Shown in pieces: positions 14,178 through 28,744 of a DNA stretch of 64,000 nucleotides. This DNA comes from Octopus vulgaris (Eukaryota). A program made the position numbers and the translations under genes. The notes under the pieces are model-generated. The model searched no databases and was not told the DNA's origin. It saw only the letters and a program-made list of their open reading frames with translations. Location: NCBI GenBank assembly GCA_951406725.2, contig OX597827.1, forward strand, positions 10,540,001 to 10,604,000, given 5' to 3'. Numbering within the stretch: the first letter of the stretch is position 1; each line of letters starts with the position of its first letter.

Positions 14178-14436
14178 GTAAACACACCAGCATCGGTTGT
14201 CAAGCAATGCTAGGGGGACAAACACAGACACACAAACACACACACACACATATATATATATATACATATATACGACAGGCTTCTTTCAGTTTCCGTCTAC
14301 CAAATCCACTCACAAGGCATTGGTCGGCCCGGGGCTATAGCAGAAGACACTTGGCCCAAGATGCCACGCAGTGGGACTGAACCCGGAACCATGTGGTTGG
14401 TTAGCAAGCTACTTACCACACAGCCACTCCTGCGCC
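14178..14436 (-). mobile_element. SINE family A, 3' part missing
   Basis: Head through internal microsatellite to gtaaacacaccagcatcgg. Confidence 0.85.
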
Positions 14437-15162
14437 TATATCTGTTTAAATTTATTTTGGAAATAATCTGAAAACTTATTGCAAGTGCTTTAATAATTAA
14501 AATTGTCATTATTTCAGCCATTTCCAGATTCAAACTTAACAGAACCCATCATACAATTATGAAATGAAGTTTTAATTTTAATTCAGACATATTAGAATGG
14601 AATTTTTTTCTCTTCTTTTAATCATTGTACCGAGAGCTGTCTGAAGAAAATTGGTGTCAAAAGTGTATGTATTACATAATCTAAGCCAAAATAGTGAAAG
14701 AAAAAACAGCAGTATGTTGTAAGGTGTAAAATTTGTTTAGAAAATATTTAGTAGTTTGTCAGTCATTTTGGTGGAATTTTCTTTCTTTTTTCTCTTTGTC
14801 TATTTGACCTTTCATGTAACCTCAAAATACTCCGTTTACAAAAGTTAAACCACTCTATGAATGAGTAGTGAAATACATACACGCATACATACATACATAC
14901 ATACATACATACCTACATACATACAAACATACATATATACATACATATATCCACACAAATTCCCACATGCACATATATACACAAATACATATATATTCAC
15001 ACATACATATACATGTGTGTGTATATATATGTTATACATAAAATATAAAAATATATATTTACGTTATACATATATAATGAATATGTAGATATACATACAT
15101 ACCTACATCTAAACATACATACATGTAATAGATATATAAATGTGCATATATGTATGCATATT

Positions 15163-15198
<36 letters not shown>

Positions 15199-15958
15199 CA
15201 TACACATACATATACCTACCTACACACAAACATACATACATACACAAAAATTCACATATGCACATATATATATACAAATACATATATAATGAATATGTGG
15301 CTATACATACCTACATCCATATAGTCATACATGCATGCATACATACATACATACATACATACATACATACATACAAGCATAGAAGCATACATATATAAAG
15401 GATAAAAAGTCCATTATGAAATGCTACGGCGGCTTAAAGTCAAAAAAGGAAAAGGTGGACGCAGCATTGTGATGACAATGGATTTGTGTTGAATATGTAT
15501 TAAAGACTGATGAGTGACTGATGTGAGAGATTCTGGAATTTGCTCAGAATCCTCCTTGAATACTGTTTACATCCGAATTTACCTCTGTGAAAAGGAAAGG
15601 ACAAAGGGAGGTGGCTGTGTGGAGGGGTGGGGGCAGTGTTTAGATTGCAATCAGTAGGAATTCAATTGATGGATAATCTATGGACATCTAAAATTTATTC
15701 AGAATATATAACTAAAGCTTACAGTTTCTATCTCCTTGTCAACCATTTTATTCTATGAAATAGGAAAGAGAGGTAGAATGATGGTAGTGTGTGAGAGATA
15801 AGAATAAGTGTGTGAGAGAGAGAGAGAAGGGGAAGAAAGAGAGAGAGAGAAAGGGTGAATGATTGGGTGAAAGAAACTGTGTATGTGTGGGTGTGTGTAT
15901 GTATATGTATATATACACATATACATATATATCCATATATATATACATATATATATAC

Positions 15959-15995
<37 letters not shown>

Positions 15996-16137
15996 TACAC
16001 ATACATATATATATATATATGCATGCATATATATATATATATATACACTATATATATATACATATATATATGTATATATATATATATATATATACATACA
16101 TACACACATACATACATATATATATATATATATACAT

Positions 16138-16198
<61 letters not shown>

Positions 16199-16681
16199 CA
16201 GAGAGAGGGACAGAGAGAGGAAAGGAGGGAGGGAGAGAATATTAGGTTTTTGTTATAAGAAAATGTATTCAGTTTTTCTCTTTTCAAAAATGCTAACAGC
16301 CCTAAGACTGATATATTATCATTGAATGAGTCTTTCAGAATCTGGCTTTTCAATGGCTGTGACAGTAGTTTTTAGCTTCTTTTCAATGAAAATAATAAGG
16401 TTAACAAGATTTCTAATGCTATAATTTCATTGTGGTAATGTGAATGTCAAAATTGCTTTCTCTATTCTAGTGAAAAACATTTTTGATTGGATACAAAACT
16501 AAACAGAGAAGTAGACTGTATGTTTATCGAGTTATGACTTTTGCTTGTTATGGTTCACAGAGTTATAGATTCACAGAGAGAGAGAAATGTAAGGTTTGAA
16601 TATATATATATATATATATATATAAGGCAATGCACGTCGTTTATATTAACGTTGCCTTCCTCTGCTTTCTCTTTGATTACT

Positions 16682-16787
16682 AGCATCATCATCATTGTCG
16701 TCATCGTCGTCGTCGTCGTCGTCATCATTGTCGTCGTTGTCATCATCATTGTCGTCGTTGTCATCATCATCATCATTATCATTGTCG

Positions 16788-16818
<31 letters not shown>

Positions 16819-16901
16819 TCTCGTCATCCTCATCATTGTCGTCATCATCGTCGTCATCATCATCATTGTCGTCGTTGTCATCATCATCATCATCATTGTC
16901 G

Positions 16902-16932
<31 letters not shown>

Positions 16933-16991
16933 TCTCGTCATCCTCATCATTGTCGTCATCATCGTCGTCATCATCATCATTGTCGTCGTTG

Positions 16992-17023
<32 letters not shown>

Positions 17024-17113
17024 TTCTTTGTCTCTGTTTTGTCATTGAGACCATCACCATCATCATCATCCTCATCCTAATCTTCATCATCATCATCATA
17101 ATCATCATCCTTG

Positions 17114-17150
<37 letters not shown>

Positions 17151-17302
17151 ATTCATCATCTTGTACTTCCTCCTCATAATCATCGTCATTATGATCCTCA
17201 TTGTCTCTGTTTCGTCATTGAGACCACCACCATCATCATCATCATCATCATCATCATCACCATCACCACCATCATCATCATCATCATCATCATCACCATC
17301 AC

Positions 17303-17380
<78 letters not shown>

Positions 17381-17409
17381 CATCCTTGTCATCATCATCG
17401 TCGCCATTG

Positions 17410-17443
<34 letters not shown>

Positions 17444-17621
17444 TGTCATCACCACAAAGCTCGTTATCCTCTCCACCATCCTCATCATCAGCATCACAAC
17501 TACCATCCTCATCATTGTCATTGTCCTCACCATGATGATGATCATCATCGTCATCACCATCATCACCATCCTCAACAGTGACTTCATCATCTGTGTTGTC
17601 ATCATCACCGTCATTTTCATC

Positions 17622-17662
<41 letters not shown>
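16682..17662. repeat. Compound (ATC/GTC/ACC)n trinucleotide field with ~114-bp higher-order duplication
   Basis: attctcgtcatcctcatc at ~16817 and ~16931; tgtctctgttt..gtcattgagacc at ~17030 and ~17203. Confidence 0.9.
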
Positions 17663-17664
<2 letters not shown>

Positions 17665-17897
17665 CTCTCTCATATCAACATCACTATCACTTTCATCATC
17701 ACTGCTATCATGGCTGCCATAATTTAACTCGAGCCCTACATTATAAGCAAACAACAGTGAGACATCGTGCATTTTCCAGGTTCTCCATCATTTATCTACC
17801 AACGAGGTCTTCTGCTATGTTCTCCACTGATACAGAAAATGCTATGCATTTTTTTTTATTGTATGATAATTGAACTTGCCTCAAATTATTACTTACA

Positions 17898-18130
17898 CTT
17901 TTACTCTTTGACTTGTTTTAGTCATTTGACTGTGACCATGCTGGAGCACCGCCTTTTGTCGATCGAGCAAATTGACCCCAGGACTTATTCATTGTAAGCC
18001 TAGTACTTATTCTATCGGTCTATTTTGTTGAACTGCTAAGTTACGGGGACATAAACACACCAGCATCGGTTGTCAAGCGATGTTGGGAGGACAAACACAG
18101 AAACACAAACATATACACACACATACATAC

Positions 18131-18171
<41 letters not shown>

Positions 18172-18203
18172 TATACATATATATACATATATATGTATAT
18201 ATA

Positions 18204-18274
<71 letters not shown>

Positions 18275-18436
18275 GACGGGCTACTTTTCAGTTTCCGTCT
18301 ACAAATCCACTCACAAGGCTTTGATCAGCCCGAGGCTATAGTAGAAGACACTTGCCCATGGTGCCACGCATAGGGACTGAACCCAGAAGCATGTGGTTCA
18401 TAAGCAAGCTACTTACCACACAGCCACTCCTACGCC
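17898..18436 (-). mobile_element. SINE family A with expanded internal (TA)n
   Basis: Consensus match; internal microsatellite ~160 bp. Confidence 0.9.
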
Positions 18437-18721
18437 TATAATTTATATAGTCTCTGTTTATAATACTATACTTGTATAGTATTCAATTTTATTGGTTTCA
18501 GTGATTGAATTGCAATCATGCTGATGCTCAATCATCAAGGATTTTAGTCAATGATATCAATCACAGTACTTATTCCAGATTGGTAGAAGATGATTGGTTT
18601 AAGTGTACCGAGTGGTGGAATCAATCCAGGAAGCATGTTACTTGAAAGTAAACTTCTTAATCACATAACTACACTGACAAACACAAACACATACACACAG
18701 ATGCATGTGTATGTGTGTACA

Positions 18722-18788
<67 letters not shown>

Positions 18789-18790
<2 letters not shown>

Positions 18791-19462
18791 ATAATAATAT
18801 TAGGGAGTAAATCCAAACTTACAGGGAAAAATTAGATTTAGGATTAAATCCAATTTTATAGTATAAATATATATTATATTAAATTAGAGATAAAACCACT
18901 ATTAGGATAATCAAACAGTGAAAATTATAAGCCAATACATAGAAAAAAATTAATTAAAAAAATATAAAATGTAAATATAAAAAAATATAAAATATAAAAT
19001 TCCAAATTAAAATATTTAAATTAAAGTTAAAATTTTAAAAATTATTTAAATAATTTAAACTTATAAATTTTAAATATATATAGTCATAATAGTAGGCTTT
19101 CCATTTAATTCTAGAAACAAAATCCTTAATATTATTAATAAGTTTCAAAATATATTCTTTTCTAGAACGTATTGGAATATCCTTCAAAGATGAATTCCAA
19201 AATAGCGGTTCTATCTTATCTGTAAATTCCATAATTTAAGAAATTGAGATATTACATTCAATATATGTAATTTATCAATATATTAATTAATAATAATATT
19301 AGGGAGTAAATCCAAACTTACAGGGAAAAACTAGATTTAGGATTAAATCCAATTTTATAGTATAAATATATATTATATTAAATTAGAGATAAAACCATTT
19401 TTTTAATTAATTTTTTTCTATGTATTGGCTTATAATTTTCACTGTTTGATTTGCCTAATAGT

Positions 19463-19468
<6 letters not shown>
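18789..19468 (-). mobile_element. Penelope-like element fragment (ORF N-terminus with direct and inverted terminal repeats)
   Basis: ~110-bp direct repeat (18789 and 19291); inverted copy of ~18895-18963 at ~19399-19468; ORF 19035-19232 SSLKDIPIRSRKEYILKLINNIKDFVSRIKWKAYY resembles a PLE ORF N-terminus. Confidence 0.65.
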
Positions 19469-19530
<62 letters not shown>

Positions 19531-19846
19531 TATATATATATATATTTATACATGTATGTACATACATACAGACATACACACATATATACAAGCATATACT
19601 CACATTAGCACTTGTAGTTCTTAGTGCAAAGACAAAGAACACTGAACTTGAAAATAGTGAGGGTGCCTGGTTTGGTTTAATGATGATAGTAAAGAGTGAA
19701 ACCTATAAATTGAGGCATTCTATGAAGTTCATAATGAATTCACATTCGTAAGATTGGCACGTTGAAGAACTCAGGTCAAACTATGGCTAAGGAAAATGGT
19801 TTGCTACAGAAGTCTTAGCATGCAACACCATTTGAAGAAAAACCTA

Positions 19847-20244
19847 TCTTTATATATAAAAGTGAGGTTGTGTGCTGTCTGTCTCCTACGATTTAGATTC
19901 CTAACTACTCCCACAATTTGCGGTGCAGTTTAACCAAAACCGGGTATCTTATAGTCATGATTCATATCGAGCCCTTCTGGGTATTAGCACGTGTCTATGA
20001 TGAATCTACAATTTAAAAAAAAATTACCATCAATTTTTCCCATTTTTTAATGCATTTTTGGCATATATAAGGGAAGTAACTCTCTAAAAATTTATTATTA
20101 AATCTCAAAACGTAAAAAGCTACAGTAACACCCACCCCCTTTGTGGTTAGCCATACTGAGATGGCTATTATACTTTACATCTCTAAAAATGCTTATATAG
20201 TTATTTCCCTTACAAACCCGAGCAACGCCGGGCGATACTGCTAG
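19847..20244 (+). mobile_element. Non-autonomous Helitron
   Basis: A|TC 5' end, subterminal hairpin cccgagcaacgccggg, CTAG|T 3' end, no TSD; second copy at 27032-27427. Confidence 0.88.
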
Positions 20245-20553
20245 TGAAATATGAAGCAAAAACATTTGCAATATTCAAGAATTGCTACTACAGAGACAGT
20301 AATTCAGGATCAGGTATTAATGAGATATTTTCCTTGTCAAAGAGAAGAGAATATTTTGAATCAATTTTTAAAGTGAACATCAAATGGGGGGAGAATATTA
20401 TCAGCACATGGAAAGGAAATGGATAGAAGAGGAGGGCAGAGTGAGAGTGTGGAAGAGTGTGGGTGCGAGAAAGAAGGGGAAGGTATATATACATATATAT
20501 ATATACCTTCCCCTTCTTCCTTGCACCCTATATATATATATATATATATATAC

Positions 20554-20612
<59 letters not shown>

Positions 20613-20619
20613 ATATGTA

Positions 20620-20716
<97 letters not shown>

Positions 20717-20733
20717 GTATGTGTATGTATATA

Positions 20734-20766
<33 letters not shown>

Positions 20767-20816
20767 GTATGCATATACATATATGTATATATATAAATAT
20801 ACATACATACAGAGAA

Positions 20817-20851
<35 letters not shown>

Positions 20852-21039
20852 GTGAGTGAGTGAGTGAGAGACAGAGATGATGGTAAAAGAAGAAAAGAAC
20901 AAAGGAGGACAGAAATATTAAAGAGTTGGAAGGTCAACTGTGTGAAAATAGTAGTGGAGGAGCAGTGGTGATTTTCTTCTAAAGCAAATTTTATCAGTAA
21001 ATTAGAATTTACTTCAGCTCATGTAAACAAGGAGTAAAT

Positions 21040-21600
21040 GTTTGTGACTTGGCATTTATGTATGTTCCGAGCATGAAGCAACTTTTAACAAGCCGTCTTT
21101 TCCCTGCTTCGCACATTCTGCACTTTTCATTGCCATTGAAATATGCTTTGTATTTCTCCAACATCCGTCACTTTGATGTGACAATCAGTGGCCTTTTCCT
21201 TCAATTGCCTTATGTACTTGGACAGTGTAGTGATGTTTGCCTCTTGAATTTTTGTCAGACGTGGTTTTGTCATGTAGATGTTTCTTGGAGGGAAGTTTCT
21301 GTCAATCTTACACAGCACTTCAAGCCTGGATTTCATTTCAGTCTCATATTCAACGGTCTCCATGCTATTGATATATGAATGGGCAAACATTAGTATTTCT
21401 GAAAGAACAACCAGCCTCAGTACTAGGAGTGGGTTAACACTAAAGAATACTCTTTATACAGTTGGGTGCACTCGAAATTTTTTCTCTATTTATGTGCAAG
21501 AGGAAAAGACTTACCAACTAAGACTTATCAACATAGGCTTACCTATGCATGACATAAAATTAAGTGATAAAAGATGTATGAAATAAGCCATATTGAGTTG
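21040..21600 (-). pseudogene. Decayed PLE C-terminal region (linker plus GIY-YIG endonuclease)
   Basis: Across frameshifts: YFIHLLSLNFMSCIGK (~WFNPPFSxNVxTNIGK), KSFPLAHK, CSFRNTNVCPF (~CxCRxxxCPL), VEYE..VRLTETS, TTLSKYIRQLKEK, MLEKYKAYFNGNEKCRMCEA. Confidence 0.7.
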
Positions 21601-21699
21601 TTGCTTTTTTTGTGGTCTCAGGTTGAATGTGTAAGTGATTGCTGCCAGAGTGTTACAATAATTGGGTCTGCATTGTGAAATATTCCACACTACCAAATG

Positions 21700-21878
21700 A
21701 TACAGATGCAGGTCTTTCAGGATGAGGCTGGTCTTCTAGGTTGTAATTTCTGGCTCAGAATTTCTGGAATCGCTGTTGACACTGGTTTACACTTATTTTC
21801 CAATCCCCATATATTGCATGAATATTCCTCGCACTTTCCATTATGTTGTTGCCTTTATTGAACTCATAAAGCAAAATA
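21700..21878 (-). pseudogene. mariner transposase N-terminal HTH fragment
   Basis: LLYEFNKGNNIMESARNIHAIYGDWKISVNQCQQRFQKF*ARNYNLEDQPHPERP resembles mariner HTH plus the RSGRP linker. Confidence 0.75.
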
Positions 21879-21882
21879 TACA

Positions 21883-21918
<36 letters not shown>

Positions 21919-22221
21919 TGTATGTATGTATGTATGCATGTATGTATGTATATATGTATGTATGTATTATGTATGCATGTATGCATGTATGCATGTATGT
22001 ATATGTATATGTATATATATATATATATGACCTTGACCTTTCAGTTTCTATCTGCCAAATCCACTTATGAGGGTTTAGGCTGCCCAAGGTCATAGAGGGA
22101 GATACTTGCTCAAGGAGTCATGCAATGGAACTGAACCTAAAACCATGCGATTGTGAAACAAACTTCTTACTACATAACACTTAATACCTTATCACACAGC
22201 CATATCTGCAGCTTTATATAC

Positions 22222-22630
22222 ATTTACTCTTTTACTCTTTTACTTGTTTCAGTCATTTGACTGCGGCCATGCTGGAGCACTGCCTTTAATCGAGCAACTC
22301 GACCCTGGGACTTATTCTTTTGTAAGCCCAGTACTTATTCTATCGATCTCTTTTGCCAAACCGCTAAGTAACTGGGACATAAACACACCAGCATCGGTTG
22401 TCAAGCAATGCTAGGGGACAAACACAGACACACAAACACACACACGCATATACATATATACATATATACGACGGGCTTCTTTCAGTTTCCGTCAACCAAA
22501 TCCACTCACAAGGCATTGGTCAGCCCGGGGCTATAGCAGAAGACACTAGCCCAAGGTGCCACGCAGTGGGACTGAACCCGGAACCATGTGGTTGGTTAGC
22601 AAGCTACTTACCACACAGCCACTCCTGCGC
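22222..22630 (-). mobile_element. SINE family A
   Basis: Consensus match. Confidence 0.9.
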
Positions 22631-22899
22631 ATATATATATAATATGCATTTTTTCGCTTCCTGTCTAGCAAATCAACTCAAAAGATTTTGGTGAGTTGTA
22701 ATAGTTTTTATAAGTCTGTTTCCTTTTCCATGTATTTCTGAGGCATTTTGCTTCATGATAAATCATAAAAGAAACCAATTAGGGCAATCCGTTGGAGAAA
22801 CCATTCCAAAGAAGACACCAGAGCATGATTCAATCCCCTGACTCATCAGATCCAGTCAAACTATTCAACCCATGCCGACATCTTGGAAGACGGGCTTTA

Positions 22900-23039
22900 A
22901 ATGATGATGATGATGATGGTTGTGGTGGTGGTGGTGACGGCGGTGGTGGTGGTGGTGATGGTGGTGGTGGTGGTGGTGGTGGTAATAGTGGTGGTGGATG
23001 TGGGGTGGTGGTGGTGGTGATGATGATGATGATAATGAG

Positions 23040-23074
<35 letters not shown>

Positions 23075-23258
23075 CGGTGGTGGTGGTGATCATGATGATA
23101 ATGATGGTGATGATGATGATGTTGGTGGTGGTGGTGGTGGTGATGATGATGATGATGATGATGATGGTGATGATAATGATGATGATGGTGGTGATGGTGG
23201 TGGTGGTGGTGGTGATGATGATGATGATGAGGAGGAGGAGGAGGAGGAAGAGGAGGAG
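22900..23258. repeat. (GAT/GGT/GAG)n compound microsatellite grown from a family D tail
   Basis: Follows ccatgccgacatcttggaagacgggctttaaa. Confidence 0.85.
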
Positions 23259-23397
23259 ATTCTTGCATCTTTTTCATCGTGACTCCCACCTCAATTCTTT
23301 CACACATTAGCCTCCATGCCTTTGGTCTGATATATTACCATAACTGTCTATATTTTTTTTTTTTTTTGCATTGTCTCTCACCATACAAGAAATAATA

Positions 23398-23562
23398 GGC
23401 GCAGGAGTGGCTGTGTGGTAAGTAGCTTGCTAACCAATCACATGGTTCCAGGTTCAGTCCCACTGTGTGGCATCTTGGGCAAGTGTCTTCTGCTATAGCC
23501 CCGGGCCGACCAAAGCCTTGTGAGTGGATTTGGTAGACAGAAACTGAAAGAAGCCTGTTGTA

Positions 23563-23617
<55 letters not shown>

Positions 23618-23828
23618 TTGTGTGTCTCTGTTTGTCCCCCTAGCATTGCTTGACAACCGATGCTGGTGTGTTTATGTCCCCATCACTTAGCGGTTTGGCA
23701 AAAGAGACTGATAGAATAAGTACTGGGCTTACAAAGAATAAGTCCCGGGGTCAATTTGCTCGATTAAAGGCGGTGCTCCAGCATGGCCGCAGTCAAATGA
23801 CTGAAACATGTAAAAGAGTAAAAGAGTA
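23398..23828 (+). mobile_element. SINE family A
   Basis: Consensus match; inverted relative to the 22222 copy. Confidence 0.9.
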
Positions 23829-24187
23829 AGTGTCCTTTATATCATACCTACTCTTATCTTAGAAAAATATAGGACACATTATAGTTATATAGCTCTAGAT
23901 ATACAATGTTTGAAATAAATAAGGGTGATGGTCATGGATGGAAGTTCTTTGATCATTGATTACTCAATCAGAGCTGACTCACGCCTAAACAACAACAACA
24001 ACAACACCCATGTGCTTTTTCTCTTGTTGTTTGTTTTGTTTCTTTTGTTGTTTATTATATTTTCTTCTTTCAACTTTGTAGAATTTATTTATGAAAATCT
24101 ACAAAAAACTTCAGATTTTTTTTGCTTCAATTGTTATGCTTTTGTTTTATTGGAAAGTGCCAAAGCCTTAAACTATTGATTTGTTCC

Positions 24188-24243
<56 letters not shown>

Positions 24244-24384
24244 GTGTGTGTGTAGATCCAGATTGATGCGGTTGATCTCTCAAGAACCAAAGCAGTGATA
24301 CAAAGGGAATATATATATCTAAATATGCATATATATATATATATGTATGTGTATATATATATACATTATATATGTATGTGTATG

Positions 24385-24422
<38 letters not shown>

Positions 24423-24474
24423 CATGTATGTATGTAAGTATATATACATATATGTATATAACATACATATAAAT

Positions 24475-24539
<65 letters not shown>

Positions 24540-25149
24540 ATTATGTGTATATACAGAAATTTTCTACATGCCTCATTTCATATATTTGTATGTGTATATG
24601 TACAGTTACACACACACATGCACACGTACACATGCACACACATACACACATGCACACACCGACACGCATATACATGTATATATGTCTGCATGCATAATAC
24701 ATATATTTACATATAAATACATAAATCCATATTTATCCGGGGCATTTATTTACTTATTTTTATTCTCCTAATAGAAGAGAGGGAAAAATACATTGTTAAA
24801 AAAGAAGTGATTTCATGCCTTCGAAGAATAATTTTATTGGGACTTGGCGTATTGTGAAGAAATTGTTCAATAATAACTGACAATGATGTCTGTGATAATG
24901 ATAGTAAAACCTATTTAATACAGGATTCTATTTTGAATCCGAGTTAACGGTTTGGAAATCTTCTAACAAACAATTCTTTTTTAATTTCATTTAAATATTT
25001 AAATGTTGCAGATAACAGCAGTCTATAAAGCCATTTACTCATTGAATGGTTGAAGAAATACCATTTAGCTATTTGTTCGTAGCAATATCGCAAAAATATT
25101 TCCCCTTCCCTCCGCTAAGAATATTCTTTCACTAACATATATACTCCAC

Positions 25150-25462
25150 ATACAAACACACACACACACATACATGCATACATACATATATACATACATA
25201 CATACATACATATATACATACATACATACATGCATACATACATACATACATGCATGCATACATACATACATACATACATGCATGCATGTATGCATGCATA
25301 CATACATACATGCATGCATGCATGCATACATACATACATACATACATACATACATACATACATACATACATACATACATACATGCATGCATACATACATA
25401 CATACATACATACATGCGTACATACATACATACATACATGCATGCATACATACATACATACA

Positions 25463-25496
<34 letters not shown>

Positions 25497-25690
25497 CATA
25501 CATACATACATACATACATACATACATGCATACATACCTACCTACATACATACATACATGCATGCATGCATGCATGCATACATACATACATACATACATA
25601 CATACATACATGCATACATACATACATACATACATACATACATACATAATACATACATACATACATATATACATACATACATAATATACA
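25150..25690. repeat. (CATA/CATG)n tetranucleotide array
   Basis: Read directly. Confidence 0.95.
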
Positions 25691-27031
25691 TGTAGGTATA
25701 TATTTGTGTATGTATATATATGTGTGTGTGTGTATATGTTGATACACCTACACACATATACATACACCATATATATACATTTATATACATACATAACATA
25801 TATGTAGATATTTGTGTATTATATATGTGTGTGTGTGGATGCATGTATATAGACACATCTACACACATACATACATCATATACATGCATTTATACATTTA
25901 TATGCCTATACATACATTCATGTATATACATATATATATGTGTGTGTACGTGTATGTGTATGTGTATGTGTATGTGTGTGTGTGTGTGTGTATGTGTACG
26001 TGTATTTATTTACATGTTATATGTATATATCTGAGTGATACGATTGTCTGTGTGTATATGTTTGTGCATGCATGTGTGTATTATTATATAGCTTGTTATA
26101 CGATACACACATACATAAAATTTTTTTGTGAATTTGTAAAAAGCATCCCATAATTTAAATCTAAGCAAAGTATCCAGATGAGGTGCCTCCATTTTGCATT
26201 TGAAATATATCTTTTAGATTGAATTTGATTCAAACTCACAATGTTGTTTTTTTATATATATTATCTGAGTATTAGTTTCCCTTTTTCATTGTTTTTCTGG
26301 GTTTTTTTTTATTTCTTTTCACAAGAAAAAAAAATAATCCTAATGTTATTCTCAGTCAGTAATCATAGAATATTATAATGGACAAAAATGGTTAAAGCAT
26401 TCTGAAATGTTTGTCATGTTTCCAGAATAACATTTATTCTGCTACATAATTACTATACAGGAAGCTATTCTCCGTTCCTGTTTGTCGGTTCCTATTTATA
26501 TTTTCCTGATAAATTTAACTGGTTTGTTTTGGAATTTATGGATGATGTGTTTCGTAGAAAAACAGAAAGAAATGTCAATGTGTCTTTTAAATACAGTGTT
26601 TCGATGAAGAAACTTTAAATCTTCTCTAACGATTTTGCAACAGTTTTAATAAACAAAAAAATCAAAAATCTATTAAGATATTCAATTAAAATATCTATTT
26701 GGATGAGAAAATAAACGAAAACTTGTATTTTTCTCATCATTATTAGCATTGTTTGTTCTTCAAAGGTGAGATCACTGGAATCATGTGTATCCCATTTCCA
26801 TTCCTGCTGATTCTGTTGGTTGATTTTAGCTGAGTTTTCGTTCATTGGTTATTTTCCCCCATTCTCAGGTTGGCTATTTTCTGCACTCTTAGCATTTCAC
26901 ATGTTTAATGGCTAAACCTTTTGCTATTATATATCTGTTGAAATACAGTCTTTGTTTAAATTGATAATGAAAATAATTAACTGTTATTTGCACTTTGAAC
27001 AAACAGCAATGACTTTCATATTTATTCATAA

Positions 27032-27427
27032 CTAGCAGTATCGCCCGGCGTTGCTCGGGTTTGTAAGGGAAATAACTATATAAGCATTTTTAGAGATGTA
27101 AAGTATAATAGCCATCTCAATATGGCTAACCACAAAGGGGGGTGTTACTGTAGCTTTTTATGTTCTGAGATTTAATAATACATTTTTAGAGAGTTACTTC
27201 CCTTATATAATAGCAAAAAAATGCATTAAAAAATGGGTAAAAATGATGGTAATTTTTTTTTTAAATCATAGACTCATCGTAGACTCACGCTAATACCCAG
27301 AAGGGCTCGATATGAATCATGACTATAAGATACCCGCTTTTGGTTACACTGCACCGCAAAATGTGGGAGTAGTTAGGAATCTAAATCGTAGGAGACAGAC
27401 ATATAACTTCACTTTTATATATAAAGA
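27032..27427 (-). mobile_element. Non-autonomous Helitron
   Basis: Reverse complement of 19847-20244 with the same TC, hairpin and CTAG ends and A|T insertion site. Confidence 0.88.
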
Positions 27428-27751
27428 TATGTTGCAGCAGATTTGGACACAAATATTATGATCACTGTTGTTGCATACATCACAGGAAAACAACTTCTCT
27501 TTTAAAGATAACAATATTTTCATAACACACTTGACTCCTTGGTGCAAAGGATTCTGGGACACCAGTGTTTGAACATGTTGTGCTCTTGTCAGTCAGAAGC
27601 ATCCCCAGAACTTGACTCTAAACAAGAGCCAGTGGCTTTTGTTTGAAAACTCAGAAAACAAACTGTTTACTGATCCACCCTGATATCTGCCAACTGGTAG
27701 TAAATCATCATTTGCAGTGTGAACAGCAAAATCGGAAATTATAAAATAAAA

Positions 27752-28046
27752 CCAGCATCGCCATCGTTACCAGCGTTGCCTTACTGGCACCTGTGCCGGT
27801 GGCATGTGTAAAAAGATTCGAGTGAGGTCGTTGCCAGTACCGCCTGACTGGCCCCCGTGCTGGTGGCATGTAAAAGCATCCACTACACTCTCGAAGTGGT
27901 TAGGGTTAGGAAGGGCATCAAGCTGTAGAAACCCTGCAAGATCAAGATTGGAGCCTGGTGCAGCTATCTGGTTCACCAGACCTCAGTCAAATCGTCCAAC
28001 CCATGCTAGCATGGAAAGCAGACGTTAAACGATGATGATGATGATG
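27752..28046 (+). mobile_element. Family D retroposon
   Basis: Same 3' end and (GAT)n tail as the 8365 copy. Confidence 0.85.
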
Positions 28047-28093
28047 AAAGAAGAATTTAGCAAAATAACTATGCCATTATTAAGTTTGCGTAA

Positions 28094-28548
28094 AGTGGCA
28101 AGCTGGCAGAATCATTAGCATGCTGGGCAAAATGCTTAGCAGCATTTCATCTGTCTTTTATGTTCTGAGTTCAAATTCCCCTGAGGTCGACTTTGCCTTT
28201 CTTCCTTTTGAGGTCAATAAATTAAGTACCAGTGAAACACTGGGGTCGGTGTAATTGACTAGCCCCCTCTATCCAAATTTCAGGCCTTGTGCCTTCAGTA
28301 GAAAGGATTATTATTATCATCATTATTAAACAAGGCAGTGAGCTGGCAGAATTGTTAGCACGCCAGGTGGAATGCTTAGTGTGGCATTTCGTCCGTCTTT
28401 GTTCTGAGTTCAAATTTCACCAAGATCAGCTTTACCTTTTATTCTTCTGGGGTAGATAAATTAAGTACCAGTAATACACCAAGGTCCATGTAATCAAGTG
28501 TGCCCTCCCCTAAAGTTTCAGGCTTTGTGTCTTTAGTAGAAAGGATTA
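28094..28548 (+). mobile_element. Two tandem family B-like SINEs (aggccttgtg..(ATT)n tail variant)
   Basis: agctggcagaa..gagttcaaatt..aagtaccag; tail tttcaggccttgtgcc..agtagaaagg(att)n. Confidence 0.75.
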
Positions 28549-28744
28549 AGCTGGTGCTTGGAACTTAAATTAACGTGAAACTTTGATGCAAGGTTTTACT
28601 TTAGATCCTTTAGAACAGCAAGTTTATATCACAAGACCAGGGGCAATCCTAGGTGATTTGGTATAAAAATGGTATAAAAAAATGCTGGGGCTTATTTGTC
28701 ACCTGATCAGAAGTGAGTATAAAATCAAGCAAACTTTTCTTTAA

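Noticed and set aside
15506-15530. ctgatgag as a hammerhead core (also ~7199)
   Set aside because: No stem II, GAAA or closing stem I follows.
16541-17662. Poly-Met/Ile/Ser ORFs (also 22792-23310, 39680-40134, 54276-54590)
   Set aside because: Translations of trinucleotide microsatellites.
26615-26845. 76-aa ATG-initiated ORF
   Set aside because: No recognisable homology or clear splice signals; length is compatible with chance.
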